This document shows, in pieces, positions 40,661 to 49,436 of a DNA stretch of 64,000 bases. A program made the translations under genes and the position numbers. How positions within the stretch are numbered: the stretch's first letter is position 1; each line of letters begins with the position of its first letter. Source of the DNA: an archaeon. GTDB lineage: Archaea; Nanobdellota; Nanobdellia; Parvarchaeales; Parvarchaeaceae. The stretch is from positions 1,634-65,633 of the forward strand of contig JBBIPE010000001.1 in the NCBI GenBank assembly GCA_037443005.1, written 5' to 3'. The notes under the pieces were generated by a model, which saw only the letters and a program-made list of their open reading frames with translations, was not told where the DNA came from and ran no database searches.

Positions 40661-40939
40661 TTATTTTCCCCTTCCGCGAGGGGGTTTAAGTCTTTCTATG
40701 TAATATTCTTGGTTGCAGTACTTGCAGCTGAAAACGTATGCCTCTTTTGATTTTCCGTTTAGTTTCCTTTTTTCAGTGGTTAGTTTACTAGAAAATTCAT
40801 TGTGCTTTCCGCATTTTGGACAATCAAACATGAAGTGAAACTCTTCTTCTCCTTGCTCTCTGTATATAATTACCTTTTCCAGTTTTCCTTCATAATCTAT
40901 AAATGATTTTTTTATAAAATTCACTTTGTTTATATCCAT
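40661..40939 (-). CDS. Zinc-ribbon protein (two CxxC pairs), co-operonic with ksgA
   Basis: CPKCG ... CKYCN; 1-bp gap to ksgA. Confidence 0.5.
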   Translation of the reverse strand: MDINKVNFIKKSFIDYEGKLEKVIIYREQGEEEFHFMFDCPKCGKHNEFSSKLTTEKRKLNGKSKEAYVFSCKYCNQEYYIERLKPPRGRGK

Positions 40940-40969
40940 ATAAAAAATAGCTTTTTCTGTTTTATATAT

Positions 40970-41620
40970 CTATTTAACTTTAATCTTGTTTAATTCATTG
41001 CTTTCTTTTATCCATATTGCCCAGCAAAACTGTGTGCGGCTTATATTCATTTTATCTGCGATATACTTTCCATATTCAATACATTCCTCAGAATTTTTTA
41101 CATAACGAAAGTTTTTGATAATCCATTTCTTTATTACCTTATCCGGCATTATCACATCCATGCCGCTTTGCATTCTTAAGTACTGGAAAGTGCTTATTCC
41201 AATCCCTTTTATGCTGCCAATCGGATCCTTTTGTATTTTTGAGGGATCGGCATTTTTCGCCCATTCTCTTAATTTATTAAATTCCTGTTTTTCGGTCATA
41301 GAAGACAGAAAACTGCAGATTCTGGACATTGCATTCCATACTCTTCTATTTCTAAAAAGGTAAATAAGCTCGCTTCTCTTTATTTTACTAAAATCTCTGC
41401 ATCTTTCCGCAATGCCGGTTTCAACGTATTTTTCTTCAAATTTTATTACCTTCGGCATAACTACTGTGAAATAGTTTAACCCAGAACTGTCAAGGCAGCT
41501 GTCAAGTACTATTAGAATTGGCTTTCCATTCCATCTTTTCCCCTTTGCGCATAAGCTTGAAAATTCCCCTGCTTCTGCCAATATCTCCTTTCCGAAAAGC
41601 TTTAATGCGTTATATTTCAT
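40970..41620 (-). CDS. HhH-motif protein, possibly the DUF655-type conserved neighbour of ksgA
   Basis: DPIGSIKGIGISTFQYL helix-hairpin-helix; gene neighbourhood. Confidence 0.4.
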   Translation of the reverse strand: MKYNALKLFGKEILAEAGEFSSLCAKGKRWNGKPILIVLDSCLDSSGLNYFTVVMPKVIKFEEKYVETGIAERCRDFSKIKRSELIYLFRNRRVWNAMSRICSFLSSMTEKQEFNKLREWAKNADPSKIQKDPIGSIKGIGISTFQYLRMQSGMDVIMPDKVIKKWIIKNFRYVKNSEECIEYGKYIADKMNISRTQFCWAIWIKESNELNKIKVK

Positions 41621-41719
41621 ATTTATGAATAGGCTTTAGATATTAATTATATCTTGTTATAAGCGCTATAAAAATATATTTAAAGCTGAAAAACATAAGT
41701 AGTGTATAATTTTGATAGT

Positions 41720-42421
41720 ATGAAAGTACCAAGGTCTAGGAGAAGAGGAAAAAGTAGGGTCTTTAGATTTGATGATTTCAAGGCCATAGCCGAAGTCAAG
41801 CTTCCAAGGCTTCAGGATCCTATGAATGCGAGAATCATGAAGATAATACATGATCCGTATAGGACGGCTCCTTTAATGCAGTTAAAATTTGAAAATGGAG
41901 TTACTGCTTTTATACCTGCGTTTACTGGCGCTTATGAAGGCATGTTAGTAACTTATATGAAAAGCGATTCCGCAAAAAATGGGTCTATGCTTAAGTTGGG
42001 AGATATACCAACTGGAACAAATGTTTATAATATAGAGATTAAGCCTGGTGATGGAGGCAAGCTTTCCAGGGCCGGCGGAAACAGCGCAAAGGTTACAGAG
42101 AACACTGGGAATGAAGTTGCATTGTCACTGTCAAGCGGAAGGGTGATAAGACTAAATCCTAAATGCAGGGCAATTATTGGCAGGGTAGCAAATGCCGGCC
42201 GTAAAGAAAAGCCATTCTATAAGGCGGGTAACAAGTTTCATCTTATAAAAGCTAGAAGCAAATACTGGCCTATGAATGCCGCAGTGGCAATGAACGCTTA
42301 CGAGCATAAATTCGGCGGGAAGAGAAGGAGTACGCAGCACAAGTCGAAGAGTTCTGCAAGGAATTCGCCTCCTGGTGCAAAGGTCGGATCGATTGCTCCT
42401 AAGAGAACAGGTGTAAGATAA
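41720..42421 (+). CDS. rpl2: Ribosomal protein L2
   Basis: HDPYRTAPL, PTGTNVYNIE, RAGG blocks; start taken at MKVPRSRRRGKS. Confidence 0.9.
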   Translation: MKVPRSRRRGKSRVFRFDDFKAIAEVKLPRLQDPMNARIMKIIHDPYRTAPLMQLKFENGVTAFIPAFTGAYEGMLVTYMKSDSAKNGSMLKLGDIPTGTNVYNIEIKPGDGGKLSRAGGNSAKVTENTGNEVALSLSSGRVIRLNPKCRAIIGRVANAGRKEKPFYKAGNKFHLIKARSKYWPMNAAVAMNAYEHKFGGKRRSTQHKSKSSARNSPPGAKVGSIAPKRTGVR

Positions 42422-42807
42422 TGGAAGAGTATAAATTCAGAGGAAAAAGCATTGAAGAGCTTAAAAAAATGTCGAATGAGGAGCTGTCAAAAATAGCAAA
42501 TGCCGATTTTAGAAGAGTAATAAAAAGAGGATTTTCCCCAGAAGAAAAGATTTTCCTTTCAAATATGAAAAAGAAGGCTATAAAGTCCAAGCCCATCAAA
42601 ACACATATGAGAGAGATGTTTATACTTCCGGATTTTGTGGGTCTTACAATACATGTTTATAACGGAAAGGAATTTGTGCCTTTGGAGATAAAGCCACAGA
42701 TGGTTTTTCATAGATTGGGAGAGTTTGCGCTTTCAACAAAGCAAGTCAAGCATGGCTCGCCAGGTATGAAAGCTACACGTTCAAGCGGGTTCGTCCCTAT
42801 TAAGTAG
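42421..42807 (+). CDS. rps19: Ribosomal protein S19
   Basis: YNGKEFVPLEIKPQMVFHRLGEFA; 1-nt overlap TAATG. Confidence 0.9.
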   Translation: MEEYKFRGKSIEELKKMSNEELSKIANADFRRVIKRGFSPEEKIFLSNMKKKAIKSKPIKTHMREMFILPDFVGLTIHVYNGKEFVPLEIKPQMVFHRLGEFALSTKQVKHGSPGMKATRSSGFVPIK

Positions 42808-42809
42808 AT

Positions 42810-43457
42810 ATGGCAGAAAAAACAATTACAAAAAGCAAGGAGGTAGCTGTTAAGAGTGTAAAAGCCGCAAGGCAGATTACACGGCTTCAAGTGAAAAGAG
42901 AAGGCATGCCTATCTCCCTTAAGCACACTCACGAAATAATAGAAGCTGTAAAAGGAAAGGATATTACAAAGGCAGTGAATCTGCTTAAAAAAGTACTTCT
43001 AAAGGAGGCTTATATACCTTTCAGAAAATATCCGAGCAAAGGACATAAACATGGTGTTCCATCAGGATTTCCGCAGAAAGCCACTAAACAGGTAATAGAA
43101 ATGCTTGAAGAACTAAAGAGCGATGCCAAGAATATGGGATTTGATGAATCAAAGATAACTATAAGCGGTTATTCCTTGGGGAGAGGTGGATACCCACGTT
43201 TTTCAGGTGGCAATATTTATAGACACGGGAAAAGAACCAATCTTGTAATTTATTCATTTATTGATCAGGAGAGAAAAGTGGTTGAGAAAAAGACCGAAAA
43301 GTCTGAAAAAACTGAAAAGCCCGAAGATACAGCTGGAAAGAATGAAGAAAAAGCAGAAGAAAATATTGAATCGTCAGAGGAAACAGTCAAAGAAGAGGGA
43401 GCTGTACAAGAAAAGAATAAAAGCGAAGATAACAATGATTTAAAGGCGGAGAAGTGA
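42810..43457 (+). CDS. rpl22: Ribosomal protein L22 with about 60-aa acidic/Lys-rich C-terminal extension
   Basis: uL22 core in first 150 aa; tail EKKTEKSEKTEKPEDTAGKNEEKAEEN... Confidence 0.85.
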   Translation: MAEKTITKSKEVAVKSVKAARQITRLQVKREGMPISLKHTHEIIEAVKGKDITKAVNLLKKVLLKEAYIPFRKYPSKGHKHGVPSGFPQKATKQVIEMLEELKSDAKNMGFDESKITISGYSLGRGGYPRFSGGNIYRHGKRTNLVIYSFIDQERKVVEKKTEKSEKTEKPEDTAGKNEEKAEENIESSEETVKEEGAVQEKNKSEDNNDLKAEK

Positions 43458-43458
43458 T

Positions 43459-44130
43459 ATGCTACCAAAGAAAATAATATCAAATAAAGTGAGTGAAGAA
43501 GCTGCTAGAGAGTATCTTTTCAAGAAATTCAGCAGATTTGGGATAAGTGATATAAAAATAGAAAAGACTCCTCTTGGGATGAAGATAGTGATAAAGACCC
43601 CTAAGCCTGGGACAATAATCACAAGAGCTAATCAGGTTCTAAAGGAGAGTTCGAAGGATTTAGGAGAGTATTTCAATCAGGAATCACCTAGAATAGAAGT
43701 AGAGAACTCCTCAAATCCTAATTTAGATCCTGCGATAGTAGCGGATTCAATAGCTTTTAAGATAGCAAAATACGGACCAATGAAATATAAGGTCGTCGCG
43801 CATAAGGCTATGGATGCAATTATGGGAGCAGGGGCCAAGGGCGTTGAAATAGAAGTAGGTGGAGTAATCAAGGAAAGAGCTGCACATTTTAAATTCAGGC
43901 CGATTGGTAGCGTGATGCCTAAAACCGGTCAGGTGGAACTTTTTGGGGTGAGAACTGCTAAGAAGCAGCTTGTCCTTAAAAGGGGATCTATAGGCATAAA
44001 AGTTACAATAGTCGTGCCGACTGAAACAATAGGAGGTATAAAAATAAATGGCGGAAGAGAATCTGAAGGATCTGGAGATGGAGCTCCTGAAAATGAACAT
44101 AAAGAAGACGCAAGGGCTACAGCCAGCTGA
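43459..44130 (+). CDS. rps3: Ribosomal protein S3
   Basis: KH domain; conserved position after L22. Confidence 0.9.
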   Translation: MLPKKIISNKVSEEAAREYLFKKFSRFGISDIKIEKTPLGMKIVIKTPKPGTIITRANQVLKESSKDLGEYFNQESPRIEVENSSNPNLDPAIVADSIAFKIAKYGPMKYKVVAHKAMDAIMGAGAKGVEIEVGGVIKERAAHFKFRPIGSVMPKTGQVELFGVRTAKKQLVLKRGSIGIKVTIVVPTETIGGIKINGGRESEGSGDGAPENEHKEDARATAS

Positions 44131-44218
44131 TGCTGGCAAATACAGACACCTTAAAAAGAAAGTTGCACAGCTTAAGAACGAACTTAGACAGAAAGAGTTG
44201 TCTCCTACTAAGAAGTAG
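44048..44218 (+). CDS. rpl29: Ribosomal protein L29 (56 aa), overlapping the rps3 3' end in another frame
   Basis: MAEENLKDLEMELLKMNIKKTQGLQPADAGKYRHLKKKVAQLKNELRQKE matches uL29; below the ORF-track size cut-off. Confidence 0.7.
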   Translation: MAEENLKDLEMELLKMNIKKTQGLQPADAGKYRHLKKKVAQLKNELRQKELSPTKK

Positions 44219-44266
44219 GCTAATGAACATTCAAAAAAGTTTTATTTTAATAGGTTCTTCTTAGGA

Positions 44267-45151
44267 TTATCCATTTATTAAGTCAAAGAGCGTATCTAAC
44301 TGCTGCCTTTTTGCCTCTATCTGTATCTTCATCTTCTTGTACTCATCTTCGCTTATTTTCCCTGCGGCAAAGTTCTTTTCAAGGTCCGCTGATTCTTTTT
44401 CTATATCCCTAAGCTTGTTGTTCAATTTCGTAGAACCCTGCGGTCCTATCGAAAGATTACTTGAAACAGCGTTTGCAAGCTGTCTTTTGTCAAGCTTGTT
44501 GCCGTACTTCCTAGATAATTCACTGTACATCTCTGTCATATCTCCTTCAAGTTTTGAATATGAATCCTTATCCTTGAATTTGCAGTCACCGGCCAGAACT
44601 ACCCTTACGTTTGCGGACTGTTCTGTAGGGTCATAGACACCTACCACTTTGGCCCATAAAAATATCGGAACTATCTTTTTTATCTCTAGAAACACTACAG
44701 TCAATATAAAAAACATTATCATACCGTATAAAATAAGTGCAGATGGAGAATAACTAAAATGAGTTATATTAGTGTATATATCTGAGCGGTAGGAGACAGC
44801 TAATAGCACTGCAAGTATTATACCTATTATAAGGCAGGCTTTCCATGCAATAGGGTATTTTGATCCTTTTTTGTTGTCTTTTGCGCTTTTTATAAGCGCT
44901 CGTATAGGCTTTGCATTACCACCGCGGAATGTTTCCTCAAGTTCATTATCCTCAAATTTTGAGAGTTCATTAAGAAGTATCTTGTAATCCATGTCCGTCA
45001 TATACTCGGAAATCTGGCTCCTAAGAATCTGCGGATCGTCGCTTTTTATGTAAAGATCATAGAAAACATGCTTCTTTTCAAGCTCAGAAGTGTCAAATTC
45101 CCTTTCATAATTCTTTATACTGAAACCTAACATAAAGATATATGATTTCAT
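44267..45151 (-). CDS. Membrane protein (2 TM) with C-terminal SHOCT-like motif
   Basis: Central TM pair; C-terminal AGKISEDEYKKMKIQIEAK resembles SHOCT. Confidence 0.45.
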   Translation of the reverse strand: MKSYIFMLGFSIKNYEREFDTSELEKKHVFYDLYIKSDDPQILRSQISEYMTDMDYKILLNELSKFEDNELEETFRGGNAKPIRALIKSAKDNKKGSKYPIAWKACLIIGIILAVLLAVSYRSDIYTNITHFSYSPSALILYGMIMFFILTVVFLEIKKIVPIFLWAKVVGVYDPTEQSANVRVVLAGDCKFKDKDSYSKLEGDMTEMYSELSRKYGNKLDKRQLANAVSSNLSIGPQGSTKLNNKLRDIEKESADLEKNFAAGKISEDEYKKMKIQIEAKRQQLDTLFDLING

Positions 45152-45197
45152 TTAAATAAATATGTATTATCGCAGTTTTTAGGCGCTGTGGATTAAC

Positions 45198-45497
45198 AAA
45201 GATAGTGGAAAATCTCACAGTCTTTAGAAGTGGGATGAAAGCGAACCGAAAAAACTATATAACAATAAAATACAATATTAAAAATATGGAGACAGTAAGA
45301 GCCTACAAATTCAGGATTTATCCGAGAGATGTAAACGCAGGAATAAACATACTCAAAAGAGCTACCTTCGGACAGAGGGGAAGTCACGCTCTACGAGATT
45401 CTATAAGACCTCAGGTTGTGGCAGGAATCAAAGAACTGAGAACATGCTCTGCAATAGAGGAGGGATCCACACGATTTGGCGGTTGGGAGGTTGTCAC
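45198..45497 (+). mobile_element. Miniature IS200/IS605-family element (copy 2), inserted 3' of TTAAC; RE GGAGGTTGTCAC ends 3 nt before the nuoJ ATG
   Basis: LE hairpin ATCTCAC-loop-GTGGGAT; METVRAYKFRIYP...RDVNAGINILKRA remnant; conserved 3' blocks. Confidence 0.8.
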
Positions 45498-45501
45498 TTA
45501 A
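45286..45501 (+). pseudogene. tnpB: tnpB remnant (N-terminus fused to RuvC-III motif remnant); stop TAA overlaps nuoJ ATG
   Basis: METVRAYKFRIYPRDVNAGINILKRA; TAATG junction at 45499-45503. Confidence 0.7.
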
Positions 45502-45977
45502 TGGATATAGGCAGCATAGGTTTCATTATAATCTCGTTAATGCTTATTATCACTGCATTGCTCATGGTTGCTACGAGAAACATGATACATTCTCTTCTCT
45601 ATATGTTCATGTTTATTATCTCTGTAACGGCTATGATCCTTTACCTTAATGCAGTTTTTTTAGGGGTAGCAGAGCTTATAATATACAATGGCGGTATAGT
45701 CCTGCTTCTAGCGATAGGTATCAGTTCAATGCCGGAAGGAAAAATAAACAGACTTAATTCAAAGCTTGCTTATGCTCTACCTGTTGTCTTTCTTGGAGTG
45801 ATATCTTTTCTGCTTCTTAAAATGCCGTCATCATCGTATGGCAATACACTTAATTACTCTACCTTTGGAGTATACTTTTTTCAGAATTATGGTGGTTTGC
45901 TGGTTGTGCTTGCATTTACAGCGATAGCCAGCGTATTCTCTACAATATATATAATCAGTAGGGGTGATAAGCTATGA
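45501..45977 (+). CDS. nuoJ: NADH-quinone oxidoreductase subunit J
   Basis: MDIGSIGFIIISLMLIITALLMV... NuoJ TM pattern; upstream in-ORF residues are element-derived. Confidence 0.8.
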   Translation: MDIGSIGFIIISLMLIITALLMVATRNMIHSLLYMFMFIISVTAMILYLNAVFLGVAELIIYNGGIVLLLAIGISSMPEGKINRLNSKLAYALPVVFLGVISFLLLKMPSSSYGNTLNYSTFGVYFFQNYGGLLVVLAFTAIASVFSTIYIISRGDKL

Positions 45978-46276
45978 TACCGGAATCTTATTTTTTACTG
46001 CTTACCACGGTTCTTTTTGCTATAGGCTTATATGGTATACTATCTAGAAGAGAAGGCATATCTATTATAATATCATCCGAGATAATCGTGAATGCTGCAC
46101 TGATAAACTTTGTATCCGCTGCAAACTTTTATTCGAAATTAAACGGGATAAGCTATGCGTTAATCACGCTTATAATGGTTGTATTTGAAACTGTCGTTTT
46201 CATAGCCTTGATAGTGGTATTCTCAAGGAGAACCAATTCGTTATCGATATCGAAACTTAGGAGGTATAAGGGGTAG
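45974..46276 (+). CDS. nuoK: NADH-quinone oxidoreductase subunit K
   Basis: 100 aa, 3 TM, NuoK-like. Confidence 0.8.
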   Translation: MIPESYFLLLTTVLFAIGLYGILSRREGISIIISSEIIVNAALINFVSAANFYSKLNGISYALITLIMVVFETVVFIALIVVFSRRTNSLSISKLRRYKG

Positions 46277-46277
46277 T

Positions 46278-48026
46278 ATGCTTTACTTTATAGTTATACC
46301 AATGCTTGTGTCGGCGGTTATTATTGCACTGCTCGGCGAGAAAAAGAGTTTGAGCTGGCTTATAGCGGTAACCGGCTCGGCTGTTTCATTTGTAATCTCT
46401 GCGGCCATGTTCCTGTTATATTTCAATAAAAATATTATAGAGAGTTATAACTGGTTTTCGGTTTCAGGCTTGAACTTCTCAGTTTCGTTTATAGGGAATA
46501 ACCTCACGCTTTTTATGGCCCTTCTTGTTTCATTTATATCCTTTATGGTGCTTATATTCGCTGGTTTTTACATGCGGAAGGAGAAACAGTCAAGATTCTA
46601 TTCAGAGATGTCATTTTTTATATTTTCAATGCTAGGCTTGGTTATCTCAAACAGCCTTCTACTGTTTTTTATATTCTGGGAGTTTGTTGGTGTGACCTCA
46701 TATCTCTTAATAGGCTTCTGGTATGATAGAGAAGGGCCAGCAGTTTCAAGCAAAAAGGCGCTGCTTATAACAAGAATAGGGGATCTTTCATTTCTCGCTG
46801 CAATAATTATACTTTTCTCCTCTTTTCACACTTTCTCAATATCAAATATACTTGGATCTTTATCCATTGTGCCGAATTATGTGGTAATACTTGCAGGATC
46901 TCTTCTTACGATTGCTGCGTTTTCGAAGGCTGCACAGTTCCCATTTTATACCTGGCTTATTGATGCAATGGAAGGCCCTACACCGGTAAGTGCGCTTCTC
47001 CATTCAGCAACAATGGTAGCAGCGGGTGCATATCTCCTTATAAGGGTCCTTCCCTTAATCTCAGCTGCAGGTATATCTGATTTTATAGTTGTGATGGCAT
47101 TCATAACTGCATTTATAGCGGCTCTTCTCGGACTTAAAGAAAGGCATTTCAAGAAGATACTTGCATACTCTACAATAGAAAGTCTTGCCTTTATGTTCAT
47201 AGCAATAGGAACATTGAATGCCGGCGGCGCTCTTTTCTATCTTTTCACACATGCAGTTTTCAAGTCTATGCTTTTCTTCATAAGCGGGGTTTTGGCTGTA
47301 ATGTTCGGTACATATGACATATACCAGCTTAGAAGCAAAGGAACTGGAAAGACCTGGGTGATAATACCTGCAATAATAGGTTTTGCCTCAATATCAGCAA
47401 TTCCACCATTTATGAGCTTTTTTGCGCACTCTGCGCTTACATACAATTTTAATGTGTACGAGAATATAGCATTCGTTTTTGTTTCCTTCTTTACAGCTTT
47501 GTTTTCCTTCAGAGCATTATTTGTAATATTTGGAAAGCCGGCCAAAAAACCACTTAAAAAAGAGTTCAATACTATCTTTCCGATAATCACTCTTGCGGTT
47601 ATATCAACTATTGGTGGAGTTTTGCTGTATTTCTTCAGCGGTATAATATACACTCCGCATTCATTCGATTATTTCTCATTTATATCCCTTGCGGCTGCGT
47701 TTCTTGGTGCTTTCGTTTCCTATGCTGTATTCTATAAAGGCAGGGCGGTTTATTATTCATCAAAATTACATGATATCTCAGTTAAGCTTGAAGATTACAG
47801 GTACGAAAGATTTATTATATTCCTTGGCAATGCAGTTTCCTTTTTTGGAGATTATACCGCAAGATTTGACAGTGTGCTTGCAAATTCGGCATCAGCAGCC
47901 GCGGAATCTACATTTCGTCTCTCATCAATGACAAGGGAGATCGAAAATGGAGATGCGTTCAGATACTTAACCGCAGTCATTATAGGGCTTATAGTGGTTA
48001 TAGTATTGGCGGTGATATTTATATGA
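46278..48026 (+). CDS. nuoL: NADH-quinone oxidoreductase subunit L
   Basis: WEFVGVTSYLLIGFWYDR antiporter-like motif; 582 aa. Confidence 0.9.
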   Translation: MLYFIVIPMLVSAVIIALLGEKKSLSWLIAVTGSAVSFVISAAMFLLYFNKNIIESYNWFSVSGLNFSVSFIGNNLTLFMALLVSFISFMVLIFAGFYMRKEKQSRFYSEMSFFIFSMLGLVISNSLLLFFIFWEFVGVTSYLLIGFWYDREGPAVSSKKALLITRIGDLSFLAAIIILFSSFHTFSISNILGSLSIVPNYVVILAGSLLTIAAFSKAAQFPFYTWLIDAMEGPTPVSALLHSATMVAAGAYLLIRVLPLISAAGISDFIVVMAFITAFIAALLGLKERHFKKILAYSTIESLAFMFIAIGTLNAGGALFYLFTHAVFKSMLFFISGVLAVMFGTYDIYQLRSKGTGKTWVIIPAIIGFASISAIPPFMSFFAHSALTYNFNVYENIAFVFVSFFTALFSFRALFVIFGKPAKKPLKKEFNTIFPIITLAVISTIGGVLLYFFSGIIYTPHSFDYFSFISLAAAFLGAFVSYAVFYKGRAVYYSSKLHDISVKLEDYRYERFIIFLGNAVSFFGDYTARFDSVLANSASAAAESTFRLSSMTREIENGDAFRYLTAVIIGLIVVIVLAVIFI

Positions 48027-49435
48027 TAAGCTTTGTTTTTCTCCTTTTAATCCCGTTTTTAGGCATACTGATTATACTGCTAAGGAATAGTATAAACAAA
48101 AAGATATCCGCAGAATTAGTTGCATTTTGCACTATGGTTGTCACGGCGGTAATTTTCGCAGCAGGCCTTGTTTTAGGCTTTACGTCTGTAAACTTTTCTA
48201 TAACTCCTGCAATAGACTTTTACTTCTCTCTAGGCTCCAATTTTATAACTATACCTTTTCTTATTTTGGCGACTTTACTGCCTATCCCCATTCTATTCTT
48301 TGCAAATAGAGAAATAAGACAGAATGGTGGGTTGTTCTATGTTTTTTATCTGCTGATCTATCTCTCTGTTATAGGAGTATTTATCTCTTCGAATCTTATA
48401 CTATTTTTTCTCTTCTGGGAGCTTGCGGTTCTATCACTTTTCTTCCTTACGAGTTTCTGGGGCAGCCGTAAAACCTCTAGAAAATCCGGCATGAAATTTC
48501 TTGTATTCACGCAGTTCGGGAGTCTTACTCTGCTTGCGGTGTTTATACTCCTTTTTGTATACACTGGCAGTTTTAATCTCTCTTCCATAGAGGCGCATAT
48601 GTCAGCAGTCCCTGCTTATATCGAGTATATCTCCTTTTTCCTTCTTCTTATAACAGTTATGATAAAGATGCCTGTTTTTCCGCTGCATGAATGGCTTCCA
48701 GATTCATACTATGACTCTCCAATGTCCGGCACTATGCTTCTTTCAGGTATTCTGTCGAAGCTCGGCGGATTCGCTTTTATATTATTCGGATTCGGCCTTT
48801 TCAGGAACGTCCTTATAAATCTCAGAATACCTTTGGTAGCACTGGGGGTTTTCACTGCTGTTTACATAGCCTTCACAGCTTCGGGACAGAGGGACTTAAA
48901 AATGCTTCTTTCATACTCAAGCATGTTTTATATGGCCCTGGTTTTCATTGGTATATCTTCAGGCATAACTACAGCTATAACAGGTTCGGTTATACTTATG
49001 GTAAGCCACGGATTTATAATAACAATGCTGTTCGGTATATCATACTTGCTTTTCCAGAAGACTGGAACTTATAAAACATCAGAAATGTCAGGCTTGATGT
49101 CAAGAATGCCCCTTCTGGCCTTTTTCCTTATATTTGGGGTTTTTGCAAGCTTAGGTGTGCCAGGACTCTCAAACTTTCCAGGAGAACTTTTGATATTCAT
49201 AGGCAGTTATTCCGTGGCAGGGATATCTCTTATAGCAATATTCGGCATAATGCTTTCTACAAACTATTATCTCAGGGTTATAAAGGAGGCTCTGTTCGGC
49301 CAGATTCAGAAAAAATTCTCAGGAATAAAGGATATAAACAAAATAGAATTAGTGGTCTTTTCATTTCTGTCTTTTTTCATCCTTCTTATAGGACTTTTCC
49401 CTTCACTGCTTATAAATGTTCTTGGGGGGCTTTAA
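48023..49435 (+). CDS. nuoM: NADH-quinone oxidoreductase subunit M
   Basis: Antiporter-like 14-TM; 470 aa. Confidence 0.85.
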   Translation: MISFVFLLLIPFLGILIILLRNSINKKISAELVAFCTMVVTAVIFAAGLVLGFTSVNFSITPAIDFYFSLGSNFITIPFLILATLLPIPILFFANREIRQNGGLFYVFYLLIYLSVIGVFISSNLILFFLFWELAVLSLFFLTSFWGSRKTSRKSGMKFLVFTQFGSLTLLAVFILLFVYTGSFNLSSIEAHMSAVPAYIEYISFFLLLITVMIKMPVFPLHEWLPDSYYDSPMSGTMLLSGILSKLGGFAFILFGFGLFRNVLINLRIPLVALGVFTAVYIAFTASGQRDLKMLLSYSSMFYMALVFIGISSGITTAITGSVILMVSHGFIITMLFGISYLLFQKTGTYKTSEMSGLMSRMPLLAFFLIFGVFASLGVPGLSNFPGELLIFIGSYSVAGISLIAIFGIMLSTNYYLRVIKEALFGQIQKKFSGIKDINKIELVVFSFLSFFILLIGLFPSLLINVLGGL

Positions 49436-49436
49436 A

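Noticed and set aside
45193-45387. 64-aa minus-strand ORFs inside the mobile elements (45193-45387 and 52495-52689) that look conserved (…FRFHPTSKDCEI…)
   Set aside because: The similarity is a by-product of the repeated element DNA, not an independent gene. The informative frame is the plus-strand TnpB remnant.
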